Shown here piece after piece: positions 60,853 through 64,000 of a stretch of DNA of 64,000 nt. The stretch spans positions 186,001-250,000 of the forward strand of contig QPGO01000019.1 of the NCBI GenBank assembly GCA_008632985.1, given 5' to 3'. The notes beneath the pieces were generated by a model. That model saw only the letters and a list, made by a program, of their open reading frames with translations, was not told the DNA's origin and made no database searches. The position numbers and the translations under genes are program-made. This DNA comes from Psammoneis japonica. Lineage: Eukaryota. Position 1 is the stretch's first letter. The number at the start of each line of letters is the position of its first letter.

Positions 60853-61736
60853 GTCATGTTTGTTCATGCAGCATATCATTGACAATCGATTGATTTTCTC
60901 CAAGTGCTCAGGCCTTGACAGGCGATGGTCCCCCTTCTTCACAAAAGTGACCCGCACATCATGATCGGTCTCTATTGCATTTGATAGCGCAACCGATCTT
61001 TGCCACGGTATATCAACATCCTCCTGTCCATGAATCAAGTGAACCGGACAATCCAAATGAATAGATGCTCTCCATTTAGAATGTACCATTTTTTCGCATC
61101 GTAGAGAAGCCGTTTCGTGATGGGATATTTCTCATCCGAATATTCAGAAGCAACATGCACGATCCCGTCTCGATCCAGTTTCTCCAGTTCTGTTCTCGAC
61201 ATGCTTTCATATACATCTCTTGTAAAATCGGGCGCCGAGGCAATTCCAACAATGCCAGCAACACAATGGGGACGAGCCACTGCGACATGAATTGCAATCC
61301 ACGCTCCCATGGAAGATCCCACCAAAAGTACCTTTTCATTGCGTTTTTCGCAAATATAATCCAGCATGGCAATTGAGTCTTCGATCCAATCACTTGGCGT
61401 CAGGTCCTCAAAACGACCGCTTGATAACCCGTGACCACGATAATCAAACCGCGCAAACGACCGGCCCGTGTCTCGACAGTATGCTTCCATGGACAATGCT
61501 TTTCGACCGGACATTACTGATTGAAATCCGTTCAAAAACACAATTCCCGGTGATTCTCCTTTTCCTGTCACATGGGCAAGAAATCCATTCGTTTCGGTTG
61601 GTAGGTAGTTGACTGACGGCGGCTGACTCGTCATCGTGGTAACGCTCTTTGATCTAGCTGAAAAGCCGCTCACGAGCGCGAGCGACAGGAAACATTGAAT
61701 AAAGTCCAACAGCTGCTTTGTTGACAAACAACACAT
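60853..61736 (-). CDS. Alpha/beta hydrolase (ABHD10-like)
   Basis: GIVFLNGF, RFDYRGHGLS, LVGSSMGAW, PVHLIHGQEDVDIPW, GDHRLSRP; frameshift near 61075; exact stop uncertain. Confidence 0.85.
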
Positions 61737-62669
61737 ACTTCATGCCGCGGAAGCACCATCAACTTGCAAAAAAGTTTTTGTCATTGGACGGTGAAAAAGG
61801 ATGAGAATGAAAACTTGGATGGCCAGTCATGCCATTTTTGTTTCGTTGGACGATATTACCGGTTAGCCTCTACCGGTACTACCGAATACGGATGGAGGTC
61901 CTCGCCAAGGATTTATACTGTAAGTCTGTCAGGATGTACGCTGTGCTGGACATAAAACCGCTTGGACTGCCACGACTGTATCTCCAGCACAAATCGTACG
62001 TGGGGAACAAACGGCACATCGATGGAAAGCTGAGAATCTGCTCTTTCCAACGGTGCCTTTACCGTGGTCTCTGGTAGATGTTTAGAGTGAACTAGAAACG
62101 ATCAAAGTTGAAGTGATGTACATTTTACGTAGGTATTCATATGAAATGACGTGTACATATATTTATATATGACATTTAGGATGTACATAACGGGGTCATT
62201 TCGTGCGTTCAGAGACACCGTCAGTAGGAAACAGTATGGTTCCTACGGGCGAAAGCGAATAAGACTAAAGTGCTTATTCGAAACCAAATACTTGGAATTT
62301 TCGGTCGATAGTTGCGCATATTTGTACTAAAAACAATAAGGAAATGAACTGTCGGCGGACCCATTCTCGAAAATCAGCAGAATGGGTCTGTTTTGAGTTT
62401 TCGAAAACCAGCTGTGTCGAAAAATCGACTTTCTGATCGTTTTTCGCATTAGGTCCGCCGACAGATCGAAAGAAAATGGTCGATTTTGGTATGTAAGGTG
62501 TGCTCAAAATTTTAATTTGACCAATTTTGGGTTTAGAATAAGAGGTGGCAGGTGAAACAGTTTTACGTGCGGCATTTTTTTACCTGGTGTGGGCAGCAGG
62601 TTTTGATTAACTCGACTCGAGCGAAGCGAGAGTCAACTCGCAAAAGTAACCCGGATGTTAAAGTGGGGA

Positions 62670-63950
62670 GAACAAACAACTCTGCACAAGCACCCATCAC
62701 CAAAGGCATCTCCTCTCAAAAGGACAAGGAACAACATTTGAAGCAAAGTGCAACATGCAGACAAGGAGCTTGTGCCAAAACAGAGTGTCTGGCCACAGCA
62801 CCAGTGGCTGCAACAAAAGGCAAAGCAGCAAAAAGCAAAAAAGATGCACAGAGAGCCAGAGGAAGAGGGGCAAGAGCCGGGGTGCAGAGAGGAGAGTGGT
62901 GTGTGCTGTGCACTGAAGAACTGGGTGGAAGGGGTGAACAAAATGCCAAAAAGGGAAAATTGTGAGACTGTTTTGGGCACCAAAAGCAAGCAGCAGTTGA
63001 GAGATGCTCTGCAGCGTGTTGTGCTGTGACCCAGCAGCAAGAGAGCTGGCTGCTGCCCCCCAGCTGGCCCCAGCCAAGAAGGCCGAAGGTTGTCCACAGC
63101 CAAGCAGCACCCCACAAAGTGTTTTCAATGCCATTTTGGGGTGTGTGACAGCTGCGCCAGTTGAGATTTGCCTCACAATTTGGTGTGAAACAAAGTGTGG
63201 CGTGCAGACAAGGAGAGTTTGTGCAGAACCAGTGTGTCCAGCCACAGCTCTGATGGCTGCAAGAGGCAAAGCAAAAGAAGCCAGGATGGCACCACATGCC
63301 AGCTCTCACAGAGAGCCCTGCTGCGTGCTGCATCTTGAAGAAACAGGTGGAAGAGATGAGCAAGATGCCAAAAGAGAAACTTGTGAGACGGCTTTGGGTG
63401 CCAAAAGCACAAGCAGCTGAGATGCTCTACACAGCACAACCCAGCAAGAGCTCATTGCCACCACAGCAAGCCAGCTGAGAAACTCTGCATGTTGTCCATG
63501 ACCAAGCAACACCTTGCAAACTGCAAAGTGTTCTCAGCACCACTTTGGGGTTTGGCCCAGTTGTTGTTGAGAGCTGCCTCACAAAGAACTGCTGCTTTGA
63601 TGCTTGTCGCAGATCTGGAAAATCATCTCTTTGCAGCTTTGGCAAGGAGCTCCCCAGCATGATGATCATGAACAAAAGCAGCAGCAGCAGCAGCAGCAGC
63701 AAAAAAGCAGTGCTCTGTGTGTTGGAGCAGCAAGAAGCCAGAGCAACAACAAAAAGAAAAGACAAAAAGCACAGACAAGTTCACAGGCATGCAGCATCTG
63801 AGGTGGCCAGAAATGATCTCCAGCACATGCCAAAGCCCAAGGTGAGCAGCAGCAAAAAGCAGAAGCAGGGCAAGGAAAAACAAAGGCTTGCTTTTGTGAG
63901 GATGGCATGAGCAAAGTCAAGAAGCCACAGTGCCAAGCTTTTCGGATGAA
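62670..63950. other. TpA/CpG-depleted domain
   Basis: About one TA seen in 1.3 kb; TG/CA-rich. Confidence 0.88.
62770..63570. repeat. Two diverged tandem copies of a roughly 420-450 bp unit in a hypermutated domain
   Basis: ATGCCAAAAG.GAAA.TTGTGAGAC...TTTGGG..CCAAAAGCA at about 62943 and 63364; GCCACAGC...TGGCTGCAA...GGCAAAGCA at about 62792 and 63241. Confidence 0.65.
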
Positions 63951-64000
63951 TTGCACAATTTTTGTTAAGAAATCAAAAACAAACAGGAAAATCGGCGAAA

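Overview
Eukaryotic nuclear DNA, most likely from a diatom (short GT-AG introns, bipartite signal + 'F' plastid-type leaders, diatom-type Ty1/copia elements). Islands of ordinary genes alternate with blocks of decayed transposons and pseudogenes. The genes include a secreted PT-rich/GACC-repeat protein, a sulfotransferase, a USP, an LRR-MORN protein, a GT92-like protein, a Deg/HtrA protease, a THOC6-like protein, a SET-like protein and an alpha/beta hydrolase. The main signal is that about half the window lies in sharply bounded domains almost emptied of TpA by TA->TG/CA transitions. Tyr->Cys/His is systematic in recognisable TE and gene motifs, usually but not always alongside CG->TG/CA. This resembles a repeat-directed, RIP-like hypermutation running opposite to fungal RIP. 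A young full-length copia (35915-42484, 5-bp TSD) sits inside one such domain. Its two LTRs differ at a single base, a TA/CA transition. The element also has an in-frame UGA between gag and pol and a non-canonical PBS resembling the complement of the initiator-tRNA D-arm. Scattered single-base frameshifts in genes probably reflect long-read assembly errors. All dinucleotide statements come from manual reading, not computation.
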